Shown one piece after another: positions 49,028 to 58,447 of a stretch of 64,000 nucleotides of DNA. The notes beneath the pieces were generated by a model that did not search any database, was not told where the DNA came from, and was given only the letters and a program-made list of their open reading frames with translations. Position 1 is the first letter of the stretch. Each line of letters opens with the position of its first letter. The stretch comes from Spirochaetia bacterium (GTDB taxonomy: Bacteria > Spirochaetota > Spirochaetia > CAKZLE01). The DNA is taken from positions 3,872,001 to 3,936,000 of the forward strand of contig OY782041.1 in assembly GCA_963677595.1 (NCBI GenBank). The letters are read 5' to 3'. The position numbers and the translations under genes were made by a program.

Positions 49028-49057
49028 TTTGCAGGGAGAGAAACCTCTCCCTGCAAA
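49028..49057 (-). terminator. Stem-loop after SBP gene 2
   Basis: Perfect 13-bp stem TTTGCAGGGAGAG-aaac-CTCTCCCTGCAAA. Confidence 0.7.
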
Positions 49058-49090
49058 CGATCTGATAATATCTATGAATGTAGGTTCAGA

Positions 49091-50185
49091 CTACTCCCAT
49101 AATGCATAGAATTTCGACTTATAATCAAAATCAGGAGCCCATGCTCCATCCGATGGAACATTGGTAATATCAAGAATAGCATATGGTGTATTCTCTCCAT
49201 GCGGCTCGAACAGGGGGTCACCGTTCAGATGCCGAATCATCTGGTCCATTGCAGCGTAACCAAGATAGGTGTTGTCATACGCAGCCGATGCGGAAGCAAC
49301 TGTATCCTGACTTATGAGTGCACACATCTCAATATTACCGAGCACACTGGCTACCTTCACGTCAGTAAAACCTGCAAGTTCCAATGCCTCACTAACCGGT
49401 ACTGCTGCCGGGTCGAAGGGGAAGAATATGAACTCTGTATCAGGATTATTGGTCAGATAGGTAGTCACCTGTCGGTTCAGCTGATCTCCGATCAAATCGA
49501 AGGTGAAATATCCTACAGGATCATAATCCATCCCTAATTCCTCGAATCCTTCATAGAGGCCTTTTCTTGTGTTGTCTATCGAGTAGGCTCCCTCAAAGTC
49601 CCAACATGCGACCTTACCGCTGCCTTCAATATTATTGTACATCCATTCCGCCATGGCGTGTCCCATTTCGTTGTAACTTGCACCGACATCATACACATAG
49701 TCATATTCATTTCTTATGACAGGATTGGGAGTATCGGTACCGGCTGAAGCACAACCTATTGGGATGCCAGCTTCTACAGCAGCTTTCACACCTGCCTGTA
49801 GAGAACTAGATTCCTGTGCTGTCATAAGAATAGCATCTGCACCCCATGCGATAGCACTCATGATTGCAGGGTTCATGACATCAGGTGATCCCTGACCATC
49901 CCAAGTCTGCACTTCCCAGCCGAAATGATTTGCGATCTCTACCATTGCATCTGCAGGGATACTCGCACCGGACATCGATGCGTGACCAATGATAACCGCA
50001 AGCTTCAAATCTTCAGGAGCTTTTGAAGGGGTCGTTGGGCCTTCATACCCTTTGTCGTACGCAGGTGCGGCAGCTTTTACAGGAGCTGCTGGTTCCGCCG
50101 GCTTCTCCTGGCTACCACCTGCAAACAGCGAGAAACTGACAACCATGATAAGCAAAATAGAAACGATTCTTTTACTTTTCAACAT
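49091..50185 (-). CDS. Sugar ABC transporter substrate-binding protein, operon 2
   Basis: Signal ...SLFAGGSQE; paralogue of 42425-43537 (PFDPAA, AAYD.TYLGYA, DYKS.FYALW). Confidence 0.9.
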   Translation of the reverse strand: MLKSKRIVSILLIMVVSFSLFAGGSQEKPAEPAAPVKAAAPAYDKGYEGPTTPSKAPEDLKLAVIIGHASMSGASIPADAMVEIANHFGWEVQTWDGQGSPDVMNPAIMSAIAWGADAILMTAQESSSLQAGVKAAVEAGIPIGCASAGTDTPNPVIRNEYDYVYDVGASYNEMGHAMAEWMYNNIEGSGKVACWDFEGAYSIDNTRKGLYEGFEELGMDYDPVGYFTFDLIGDQLNRQVTTYLTNNPDTEFIFFPFDPAAVPVSEALELAGFTDVKVASVLGNIEMCALISQDTVASASAAYDNTYLGYAAMDQMIRHLNGDPLFEPHGENTPYAILDITNVPSDGAWAPDFDYKSKFYALWE

Positions 50186-50216
50186 CTGAAAACCTCCTCT
50201 TTCTTATGTTGACGAG

Positions 50217-50296
50217 AATCACAAAATAGATAGTTATAATCACTTATAATCTTTTTGTGATTAATTTATGTTATCCCTACAATCACTATTTGTCAA
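50217..50296 (-). promoter_or_regulatory. Promoter of ABC operon 2 with inverted and tandem AATCA repeats
   Basis: TTGACA-17-TAACAT (50268-50296); AATCACAAAA (50217) and TTTTGTGATT (50253) inverted repeat enclosing TTATAATC twice at 10-bp spacing. Confidence 0.65.
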
Positions 50297-50472
50297 ACAA
50301 TTATTCCAGTTTTTTCTTGTAGTAACAGGTTTAGAAAGCTTCCTAACGCTGGATTTCGCTGTTTACGAAGCATTTTTTATGTAGATATAATCATGAAAGA
50401 GGTTCTCGATGATAATTTCAGATAGCTGAGAAGCCAGACGTGACCGCCGGCTCCTCATCCATCTCCTGCTGC

Positions 50473-51684
50473 TTACAATCTTGATGCCAGTGCCAGCCCG
50501 ATCAGGCACGCGATGCCGGGGACGATGAACGTCCAACTCGTAGGGTTGCCGTTCACGCTGACTACTCCGGCGATGATCGGGGAGAGGATCCCTGCTGCCA
50601 GGATCGCGATCCCGGTCAGCCCGAGGACTGACCCGATATGCTTCGTCCCGAAGAGATCCGTGATGAGTACAGGGTTGATCCCGGCGCTTCCTCCGTAGGC
50701 GAAGGCAACGAAGAAGATGACGAGGAGGAAGACGATCCCCTTCGCGAAGATACCCAGGATGACGCATGCGATCATGATCAGGTAGAGGCTCTGCATCACA
50801 CGCTTCGACCCGATGTAATCGGACATCTTTGCGGCGACCATCCTGCCGCTCGCCGATGCCGCGCCGGTGAGCATGATGCCGCCGACTGCCAGGCTCTCGG
50901 AGAGTCCCCTGGCCTGTCCAAGGGTCTTGAAGATGGGGTTCAGGATGTAATAGGTCGGGATCAGCAGCATCAGGCTCGCGAGCAGGATATAGAATTTCTT
51001 CATCCTGATTACCTCACCTGCTGAGTAATGCCGCTGGTTCTCCTTCTTCGCAGATCCTTTGCGCAGCCCGTCCTCGAACCCTCCTGGGGGGTCGGAGACG
51101 AACAGGCCGAAGATGCTGAACATCACCGCATAGAAGACAGCGAGCATCCGGAACGTAGCGACGACGCCGAAGGATGACAGGAGGCGATTCACGACCGGGG
51201 CGAAGAGGATGGTTGCCGCACCGAAGGCGGTGACCGTGACCCCGCTTGCCAGGCCGCTCTTGTCGACCCACCATTTCTGGTTCGAGGAGACGTTCGTCGT
51301 GTAGACGATACCGCTGCCGAACCCGGTGATGACGCCATAGGTCAGATAGATCAGCCAGGGCATATGGACCGGGACGAGTGAAGATAGGAGCATACCGCAG
51401 GTAAAGAAGGCTCCACCGGTATAGACCGTGAAACGTGGACCGGTGCGGTCATAGATCCTGCCGCCGATGATGTTCCCCAGTACATTCGCCACGATCATGA
51501 CATAGAAGGTCATGGATGCCTTGGTTGGGTTCCAGTCGAAGTAGGTCATGACCGGTTCCTGGAATACTCCCCATATATAATAGATTCCGATACAGAGCTG
51601 CAGGATCACGCTTACTACCAGATGCCTGACCCTGCTCGGGGCCCTCAGGTTCCCCGTAAGCCCGATACTCACGTCTTCACTCAT
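50473..51684 (-). CDS. MFS transporter, oxalate/formate antiporter (OFA)-like
   Basis: 12 TM segments, GIYYIWGVF, GRIYDRTGPR, KWWVDKSGLASG, DLFGTKH. Confidence 0.88.
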   Translation of the reverse strand: MSEDVSIGLTGNLRAPSRVRHLVVSVILQLCIGIYYIWGVFQEPVMTYFDWNPTKASMTFYVMIVANVLGNIIGGRIYDRTGPRFTVYTGGAFFTCGMLLSSLVPVHMPWLIYLTYGVITGFGSGIVYTTNVSSNQKWWVDKSGLASGVTVTAFGAATILFAPVVNRLLSSFGVVATFRMLAVFYAVMFSIFGLFVSDPPGGFEDGLRKGSAKKENQRHYSAGEVIRMKKFYILLASLMLLIPTYYILNPIFKTLGQARGLSESLAVGGIMLTGAASASGRMVAAKMSDYIGSKRVMQSLYLIMIACVILGIFAKGIVFLLVIFFVAFAYGGSAGINPVLITDLFGTKHIGSVLGLTGIAILAAGILSPIIAGVVSVNGNPTSWTFIVPGIACLIGLALASRL

Positions 51685-52874
51685 GCAGACACACTCCTTA
51701 CCTCACCCGCTAGTTGTCGCTGCCTGAGGATCAATGCGGCTATGAATGCAACCAGGGCACCGATCGCGATCCCCATGATCATATAGAACGCATAGGAGAA
51801 CCCGGCGTAATCGACTGCCGCACCGACCAGGGCCCCTGCGGCAGCCCCGCCGACCCCTGTCGCCGACATCATGAAGTTGGAGGCAAGCCCGGTGTTCTTC
51901 GGGTAGAGGTCGATCGTGATGCTCATGATCGTCGGGAAGAGCGGGCCGCTCGAGAGCCCGAGCAGCAGGCTGCAGGCGACAGCTACTGCGGGGACCTTGA
52001 AGGTTGCCATGATGAAGATGAGGATGGCGTCTGCGGCAAGGCAGCAGATCACCAGCAGTTTCTTGTTCTTGTGGATGAAACTCGCGATCAACCTGGCCGG
52101 AATGGTCCCGATCCAGATGAGGGAGACCCCGAGGGAGCCGAGTACCGGGTCATCTAGTTCAGATATGAAGAAGGCCTTGATGAAGCTCTGGATCCCGGTA
52201 TCGATCATGAAGTAGAGGACCATGGCGATGAGCAGCAGGATGAAGGAAGCCGAAAGGATGACCTTGAGGCTCTTCTCCTCTGTATGTGTCGCTTCAGCAT
52301 GGTGTATGAATGATTCTTTATGTTCTATCCTGATCAGCATCCAGATCACTACGACAGCAGCACTGAACAGTGATACGACCGCAAAATGGAATCTCCAGTC
52401 AAGTCCCTCATTGATGATCCGGTTCACGATCAGCGGGGCGATCACGGCGCCTGCACCGACGAGCATCATGGATTGGTTGGAGTATCGATTGCTCTTCCGG
52501 GGATTCTCCGCAGCCAGGGCCGCGATGATCGTCCCCATGAGCAGGCTCGTGGCGCCCCCGATGAGGAGGATGCCGAGCACGAGGATCATGGGTGAGGCTG
52601 ACAGGGCTATCAGGATGCAGCCGGCGATGAAGACCAGCGTGAAGATCGAAACACTCTTCTTCTTGCTGATACGGTCCGTGAGCGGGCCGACGAGCAGCGG
52701 GGTCACGATCGTCGCCGAATAGAGGACGGTGACGAGAAGTCCCATCTGGGTCCCGGAGAGACCGAAATCTTCCGCCATATTATAGAGGAGGGCCTGATAC
52801 CCCCCGATCTCCAGGCCGAGCGCAAAACACAGCAGGTAGCCTGCCGGCACGAACCATCTCTGCGAAATCCTCAT
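51681..52874 (-). CDS. MFS transporter (FucP/TsgA-like)
   Basis: 12 TM segments, GPLTDRISKK motif A, GPLFPTIMS. Confidence 0.85.
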   Translation of the reverse strand: MRISQRWFVPAGYLLCFALGLEIGGYQALLYNMAEDFGLSGTQMGLLVTVLYSATIVTPLLVGPLTDRISKKKSVSIFTLVFIAGCILIALSASPMILVLGILLIGGATSLLMGTIIAALAAENPRKSNRYSNQSMMLVGAGAVIAPLIVNRIINEGLDWRFHFAVVSLFSAAVVVIWMLIRIEHKESFIHHAEATHTEEKSLKVILSASFILLLIAMVLYFMIDTGIQSFIKAFFISELDDPVLGSLGVSLIWIGTIPARLIASFIHKNKKLLVICCLAADAILIFIMATFKVPAVAVACSLLLGLSSGPLFPTIMSITIDLYPKNTGLASNFMMSATGVGGAAAGALVGAAVDYAGFSYAFYMIMGIAIGALVAFIAALILRQRQLAGEVRSVSA

Positions 52875-52921
52875 AGATCCTCCCTCTTCCGGTCAGGGAG
52901 GATCCTCTTACCTGAGGAGTT

Positions 52922-53764
52922 TCACACCGTGCCGGTCGTATTGCAAATCGTAAGCTGTTCCTTCACGAACCCGACAGCAGCAGCGAATGCCGCCTGTGTG
53001 AGCCCGGGATACCGTCTCTCCCCGCTGTTGTACATATCGCCGGCAGCGGCCCCGGCTGCGATCATCAGCCCAGTGAAGATATTCACCTTCTTCACACCGA
53101 GACTGATCGTGTGCCTGATATCATCGGCAGGCAGGCCGGTGGACCCGTGGAGCACCAGGGGAAGGTCGACCGCTTTCGAGATCGCCTCAAGCCGGTCGAA
53201 GTCAAGCTTCGGCTCTTCCCTGAACAGTCCATGCACCGTACCGAATGCCACGGCCAGGGCATCTATCTGCGTACTGTCGGCAAAGCGTACCGCATCCTCT
53301 ACCCTGGTATATTTCGCGCTGTCAGGCATACCCTTGCCGGTAGTGCCCTCAGGCCCGGAGACGTGCCCGATCTCTGCCTCAACGCTCACACCGGCAGCTC
53401 GTGAGAACTCGACGACCCGGTTGGTCAATGCGATGTTCTCATCGATCGGGAGGGCCGACCCATCGAACATGACTGAGGAGCAGCCGTAGCGTATAGCTCT
53501 CTCGGCAGCCTCTATACTGGTCCCATGGTCCAGGTGGAGGGCTGCCGGTATAGTAGAGGCCCTGCAGCGCCCAGCGATAGCCGGGATGACATAGGGAGCA
53601 TAGGGTTTGTGAATGAGACTCCCGATCATGATGATCACCGGGGATCCCGCCTCTTCCGCGGCAGAGAGGATTGCCTCTGCCATGAGGTAGTCCGTGGTCC
53701 CGACAGCGGCGACCGCCGAACCTTCCTCAACCTTCAATATTTCCTGTAATGTTATCAGTCCCAT
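52922..53764 (-). CDS. Class II ketose-bisphosphate aldolase family protein
   Basis: LHLDHG, SVMFDGS, VEAEIG, GTVHG, LVLHGSTG, KVN. Confidence 0.9.
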   Translation of the reverse strand: MGLITLQEILKVEEGSAVAAVGTTDYLMAEAILSAAEEAGSPVIIMIGSLIHKPYAPYVIPAIAGRCRASTIPAALHLDHGTSIEAAERAIRYGCSSVMFDGSALPIDENIALTNRVVEFSRAAGVSVEAEIGHVSGPEGTTGKGMPDSAKYTRVEDAVRFADSTQIDALAVAFGTVHGLFREEPKLDFDRLEAISKAVDLPLVLHGSTGLPADDIRHTISLGVKKVNIFTGLMIAAGAAAGDMYNSGERRYPGLTQAAFAAAVGFVKEQLTICNTTGTV

Positions 53765-53852
53765 GCCGACAGTATAGTATGTTTCCGCGTTCTGGTGAAT
53801 ATATCTTTCACCTGAACTTCTTCAGCATGTGTGTATTGTGTTCATCTTGCTT

Positions 53853-54281
53853 TCAAGGGTCGATCCGGTAGAGGTCTACCCGCTCCTGCACACCGGAGGC
53901 CGACACCAGGAGGATGTTGGCGCAGGGGGTATCCTCAGCAGTCCTGATGAAGAACCGTGCATCCGCAGCCCGCTTCCTGAACTCAGGCAGGTCGGCATAG
54001 CCGATCTCCTGCTTCGTCAGCAATCCCGTGACCTCATCATGCATGTGGGGGTTGGCCGTCTTGACGCACTCCATGAGTACCGCTTCCTGCACGACCATCT
54101 CACCTATGACGGCCTTGAGTGTCTGCATGAGGCCCGGTATGCCCCGAACGAGGGCTAAGTCTATCCTGACTGCGCCCTGTGGAATGGGAAAGCCCATGTC
54201 GCAGATCACGAATGAGTCGAAATGTCCTAAGGCAGTCAATTCCCGAATGAGTCCCGGGTGCAGTATGCCGTCCTTCTTCAT
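53853..54281 (-). CDS. rbsD: RbsD/FucU family pyranase (mutarotase)
   Basis: MKK.GILH..L, LGH.D...ICD.GFPIP, RIDLAL, IRT.E.TP.ANI. Confidence 0.85.
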   Translation of the reverse strand: MKKDGILHPGLIRELTALGHFDSFVICDMGFPIPQGAVRIDLALVRGIPGLMQTLKAVIGEMVVQEAVLMECVKTANPHMHDEVTGLLTKQEIGYADLPEFRKRAADARFFIRTAEDTPCANILLVSASGVQERVDLYRIDP

Positions 54282-54386
54282 CTGTTACCCTCCTGTCCTG
54301 TTTATTATACGCTTCCAGGACAGCGGGATAGGGAGATAAGGCAGCAATGAGATAAGAGCGTAAGGGAACAGGTCCTTGGTAGCGGA

Positions 54387-55148
54387 TCAGCCTGCTACGA
54401 CGACCTCGACGTTGAGCTCTGCCAGGTGCTTCTTCAGTTCCTTGTCCTTGATGGGCTTCGACGTGATGATCATGTCAAGCTCCTCGAACTTGGCAAAGAG
54501 CACCATGCCGGAGACATCGAACTTGCTGGAGTCTGCGAGCAGGATCTTCTTGCTGGCTGACTGGATCATGGCTTTCTTGATACTCGCCTGGAAGGGGGAG
54601 ACACAGGTCAGCCCGTCGGGATGGCGGATCCCCGTCGTCGACAGGAAGAGCAGCGGTGCATGGATCTTCTTCATGAACTCCTCGGCATCAGGACCGATGA
54701 CCGCCTGCTGCCGGTGAGCGAGATACCCGCCCGTGATCGTCGTGGATACATCAGTATTGGCGAACGCGTTGACGATCGCCACGGAGTTCGTCACGACCGA
54801 CAGGTTAGCCTTGTTGACCAGCTGGTTTGCCAGGGCCAGGGTCGTCGTACCGGAATCCATGATGATCGACATGCCGTCATCGACAAGTTCTGCGGCGTAC
54901 TTAGCGATCGCGAGCTTCTCCGATGAGAACATGACGTTCCTCGTCGGGAAGGGGTTCACGATCTTCGCAGCCCCGCGGGTTCGCATGATAGCACCTGTCT
55001 TCTCGAGAAACGTCAGGTCCCGCCTGATCGTTGCCGGTGTCGCGTCGAGCCTCTTGATGATATCCTCTACCAGCATGGTCGATTCCAGTGAGAGCATCTT
55101 GATAATTTCCTGACGTCTGAATTCCGTATGCACTTTTACCACTTCCAA
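54387..55148 (-). CDS. DeoR/GlpR family transcriptional regulator
   Basis: TPATIRRDL, RTRGAA, EKLAIAKYAA, MDSGTTT, VVTNS, LLADSSKF. Confidence 0.93.
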   Translation of the reverse strand: MEVVKVHTEFRRQEIIKMLSLESTMLVEDIIKRLDATPATIRRDLTFLEKTGAIMRTRGAAKIVNPFPTRNVMFSSEKLAIAKYAAELVDDGMSIIMDSGTTTLALANQLVNKANLSVVTNSVAIVNAFANTDVSTTITGGYLAHRQQAVIGPDAEEFMKKIHAPLLFLSTTGIRHPDGLTCVSPFQASIKKAMIQSASKKILLADSSKFDVSGMVLFAKFEELDMIITSKPIKDKELKKHLAELNVEVVVAG

Positions 55149-55598
55149 TTCTTTGATTTATAACAGCTCGAATGTTTGCACTTTACAATCAAAAACGAAC
55201 ATATATATTCCCTATTATATGTTCACATCTCAAATAATTCAATTAAATTATTCAAAAATTACCGTATTTCGCTCAGTTACTCGAACGTACCATGATCAAT
55301 TCCCAAAATCTCTATTCTATCTCTCTACCGTACCTCTGGATCCCGCTGAGCCCTCCTTCACATCAAATGATGCATCATTGTAATAATCACTATTTTTCCT
55401 ATAATGATTAATTATTTCTTATTTACGATACGTTATGTGCAAATATACCATGACCATACAGGGCTGTCAATAGGTATCCATACGGCAAGAGGACGTACTC
55501 CCACGGCTGATTTGGGCACGTTCTCGAAAATTATCAGGAAAAAGAACACAGCCTGGTTTTCTATGATAGAATAGGGAAAAAGTGATTTGGAGTGAACC

Positions 55599-56057
55599 AT
55601 GAGATGCCCTCATTGCAGTTCTATGGATGATAAAGTACTCGAGTCCCGACAGAACTCGAGCGGTTCGACGATCAGGCGGCGCCGTGAATGCCTTGCCTGC
55701 GGGTACCGTTACACCTCGTACGAACGTATCGAGGAGAAGCCCCTGATGGTCATCAAGCGTGACGGCAGAAGAGAAGTATTCGACATCCTCAAGCTCGAGC
55801 ACGGCCTGCAGACCTCGCTGCAGAAGCGTGATGTGAGCCAGGAGGTGGTGGAGAACCTCCTCCATGAGATCGAGGATGAGTCGATGATCCTTGCGGGGAG
55901 CAAGCGGGAGGTCTCCTCCCATGAGATCGGGGATCTTGTCTTAAGGAAACTCTATGCGATAGACCCGGTCGCCTATGTACGGTTCGCCTCGGTCTACCGC
56001 ATGTTCGATAATGTCACCCAGTTCATCCAGGAGATCGAGAAGCTCTCCTCGAGTTAA
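55599..56057 (+). CDS. nrdR: Transcriptional repressor NrdR
   Basis: MRCPHC, IRRRREC..CG.R.T.YE, ATP cone, VAYVRFASVY. Confidence 0.97.
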   Translation: MRCPHCSSMDDKVLESRQNSSGSTIRRRRECLACGYRYTSYERIEEKPLMVIKRDGRREVFDILKLEHGLQTSLQKRDVSQEVVENLLHEIEDESMILAGSKREVSSHEIGDLVLRKLYAIDPVAYVRFASVYRMFDNVTQFIQEIEKLSSS

Positions 56058-56058
56058 G

Positions 56059-57180
56059 TCATTCCATCAGGAACCGGTTGAACTGCTCGTACATATACTT
56101 TGGCGTGATGATCTCATTGACGCAGTCCAGAGCATAGTTGTCGCTCATGCCCACGATATAATCGATGATCAGGTTGTCAAAGGACCCGTCATGCCCCTCA
56201 TAGAAGTCCTCCATCTTCCTGATGTAGTTCCCGAACCTGACGGCTAAGAGGTTCCGCTCAGCCCGGTAGGCCTCCCAGTCCCTGCCGAAGGTGTCGAAGA
56301 TGCCCTGGAGGTACTCATGGATGAGTTTCAGGATCCGCTCGAAATAGGTATGGTAGTCCGCGAGGAGGTGGGATTCATAGATCTTCCGGTAGTTGAACTC
56401 CTTGAGGGCGAACACTGCCTCGAACACCCCGTCAGAGAACCCGAGCTTATCCCGGGAATTGGCACTCTTCACCACATCGTCGACGAGGGTCCCAATGATC
56501 TCACTGTTGGAGGTGCCGAGCCGCTTCCTGACGATTTCGGGAAGCTCATCCCGCCTGATGATCTTCAGCTTCACCGCATCCTCGTAATCACGGCCGAGAT
56601 AGGCGATCTTGTCAGCTACCCGCACGGCTACCCCTTCCCAGGTGGCCGGCAGGATATTCCTGCCGGTGACCGCAGAGAGGTCCTTGACGGTATGGTCAGG
56701 CGAAAGGTACTGCTCGAACTTCTCACCGCAGTGGCTGATGATGCCGTCGCGCACCGCATAGGTGAGGTTGAGTCCCTTACCGTAATAGGCAAGGAAGTCG
56801 ACAACCCGCAGCGAGTAGAGTTCGTGGATGAACCCACCTGCCCTACCGTTGAGCTCTGCGATGATCGTCTCGCCGACATGGCCGAAGGGTGCATGCCCGA
56901 GATCATGACCGAGGCCGATCGCCCAGGCGAGTTCATCATCGAGGTCGAGGCCCTTGCAGATGGAGGCCGCGATCGTGGCGACATGCTGGACATGCTCTAT
57001 CCTCGTGCAGATATGGTCATTGCTCGGGGCGAAGAAGACCTGCGTCTTATGCTTGAGTCTCCGAAACGGATAGGAGTGGATGATCGCCGTCGTATCACGG
57101 AAGTAGGCCCCCCTGAGGTCCTCCTCCTTCTCGACCGAGCGAGCCGTCAGCTGTTCTCCGGGCAGTTCATTGACCAACAT
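56059..57180 (-). CDS. dGTP triphosphohydrolase-like HD protein
   Basis: FRRLKHKTQVF, TRIEH, GHDLGHAPFGHVGE, LNLT..VRDGI..H, ADKIAY. Confidence 0.9.
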   Translation of the reverse strand: MLVNELPGEQLTARSVEKEEDLRGAYFRDTTAIIHSYPFRRLKHKTQVFFAPSNDHICTRIEHVQHVATIAASICKGLDLDDELAWAIGLGHDLGHAPFGHVGETIIAELNGRAGGFIHELYSLRVVDFLAYYGKGLNLTYAVRDGIISHCGEKFEQYLSPDHTVKDLSAVTGRNILPATWEGVAVRVADKIAYLGRDYEDAVKLKIIRRDELPEIVRKRLGTSNSEIIGTLVDDVVKSANSRDKLGFSDGVFEAVFALKEFNYRKIYESHLLADYHTYFERILKLIHEYLQGIFDTFGRDWEAYRAERNLLAVRFGNYIRKMEDFYEGHDGSFDNLIIDYIVGMSDNYALDCVNEIITPKYMYEQFNRFLME

Positions 57181-57253
57181 TCTCTCCCCCTTTTACTTGC
57201 TATAACAATAAGTATAATGGTAAGGTGAACATGTATCAATCAGAGGTTTACAC

Positions 57254-58447
57254 ATGAGTACATTCTATATCGATTTATTGAGTATCTTCTTCCTGTTCCT
57301 CACCGCCCTCACCTGTTTCTTCGCGCTCTTCAAGAAGGGGGGCATCTACTGGTTCCTCCCCTTCCTCGCCGCCTCGATACTCTGCGGGCTCAGGATACTC
57401 AAGCTCATCGATCCCGAGTACCTCCCTGCCATCCTGGCCGGCCGGAAACTCTACATCGAGATGATGACCCCGACCGCCCTGCTCCTGCTGTTCCTCAGCA
57501 GCCTCTTCCTCCGGTACGGGATCAGGAACCGGCCGTCTTCAAGGAAGACGGAACGACAGTCTTCCTCACACCACCTCAGCAGTTTCGATGATGACCATAT
57601 CGCGCTTGATCACGGGCAGCCCCATAAAGAGAAGCCGGTCCCCACTCCGGCCGTTCCGGCACGAAGGACAGCGGAACCTGCAGCGTCACCGACCATGATA
57701 TTCGAACCCGATGAACAGGAGCCAGACGTGAATCCCGATGAGTACATCGAGGAGGTCCCGTATGAACCCTACGAGGCAAGCCCGGATGATTCGGTCGAGA
57801 CCCGACAGCTCGAACTCTTCTTCGACCGGCTCGCAGAGGTGACCGGTACCCAGACGATCCGCCATGATGAGGGCTACATCTATATCACGGGTATCAAGCA
57901 CAGCGGGAAGACCACCAAGGGGCGTATGGCAGCGAACATGCTCGATTGTGATTTCCACGACCTCGATGAGCTGATCCTCGACCTCTGTGAGTTCTCACCC
58001 CTGTCGGACCTCTCCATCCGCGAGATCTACTCGGCAGTCGGCAAGGAACGGTTCATGCTCCTCGAGTATGCGACCATGCACCAGTTCATCTTCATGCACC
58101 AGCAGGAGCCCAACGAGAACTCCTCGATCCACCTCATCGCCCTCGGCGGCGGGGCATGCGACAATGCTACTCTCATGGAGCTTCTCCAATGGACCGGCAG
58201 CATCATCTATATCGCGGCCGAGGAAGCAGTCCTCTATTCCAGGATCATCAAAAACGGCATCCCGCCCTTCCTCGATGCATCCGACCCGAGGAAGAGTTTC
58301 CATACCCTCTTCGTGAATCGGGATGCGGCATACCGGGAGGCGGCAGGGTACGTCATAACTTCTTCTCCTGAAGCCCCGGTGGAAGAGGGGGCGAACAGCC
58401 TCTATGAAACCATAGGATCGATCCGCGGAGGGACAGATGAGCAGTAA
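57254..58447 (+). CDS. aroK: Shikimate kinase fused to an N-terminal three-TM membrane domain
   Basis: C-terminal GIKHSGKTT, FHDLD, IREIY...G...F, IALGGG, R.A.Y; overlaps aroC start. Confidence 0.85.
   Translation: MSTFYIDLLSIFFLFLTALTCFFALFKKGGIYWFLPFLAASILCGLRILKLIDPEYLPAILAGRKLYIEMMTPTALLLLFLSSLFLRYGIRNRPSSRKTERQSSSHHLSSFDDDHIALDHGQPHKEKPVPTPAVPARRTAEPAASPTMIFEPDEQEPDVNPDEYIEEVPYEPYEASPDDSVETRQLELFFDRLAEVTGTQTIRHDEGYIYITGIKHSGKTTKGRMAANMLDCDFHDLDELILDLCEFSPLSDLSIREIYSAVGKERFMLLEYATMHQFIFMHQQEPNENSSIHLIALGGGACDNATLMELLQWTGSIIYIAAEEAVLYSRIIKNGIPPFLDASDPRKSFHTLFVNRDAAYREAAGYVITSSPEAPVEEGANSLYETIGSIRGGTDEQ

Noticed and set aside
55230-55598. NrdR boxes or a small gene upstream of nrdR
   Set aside because: No match to the NrdR-box palindrome and no credible ORF; AT-rich divergent promoter region only.
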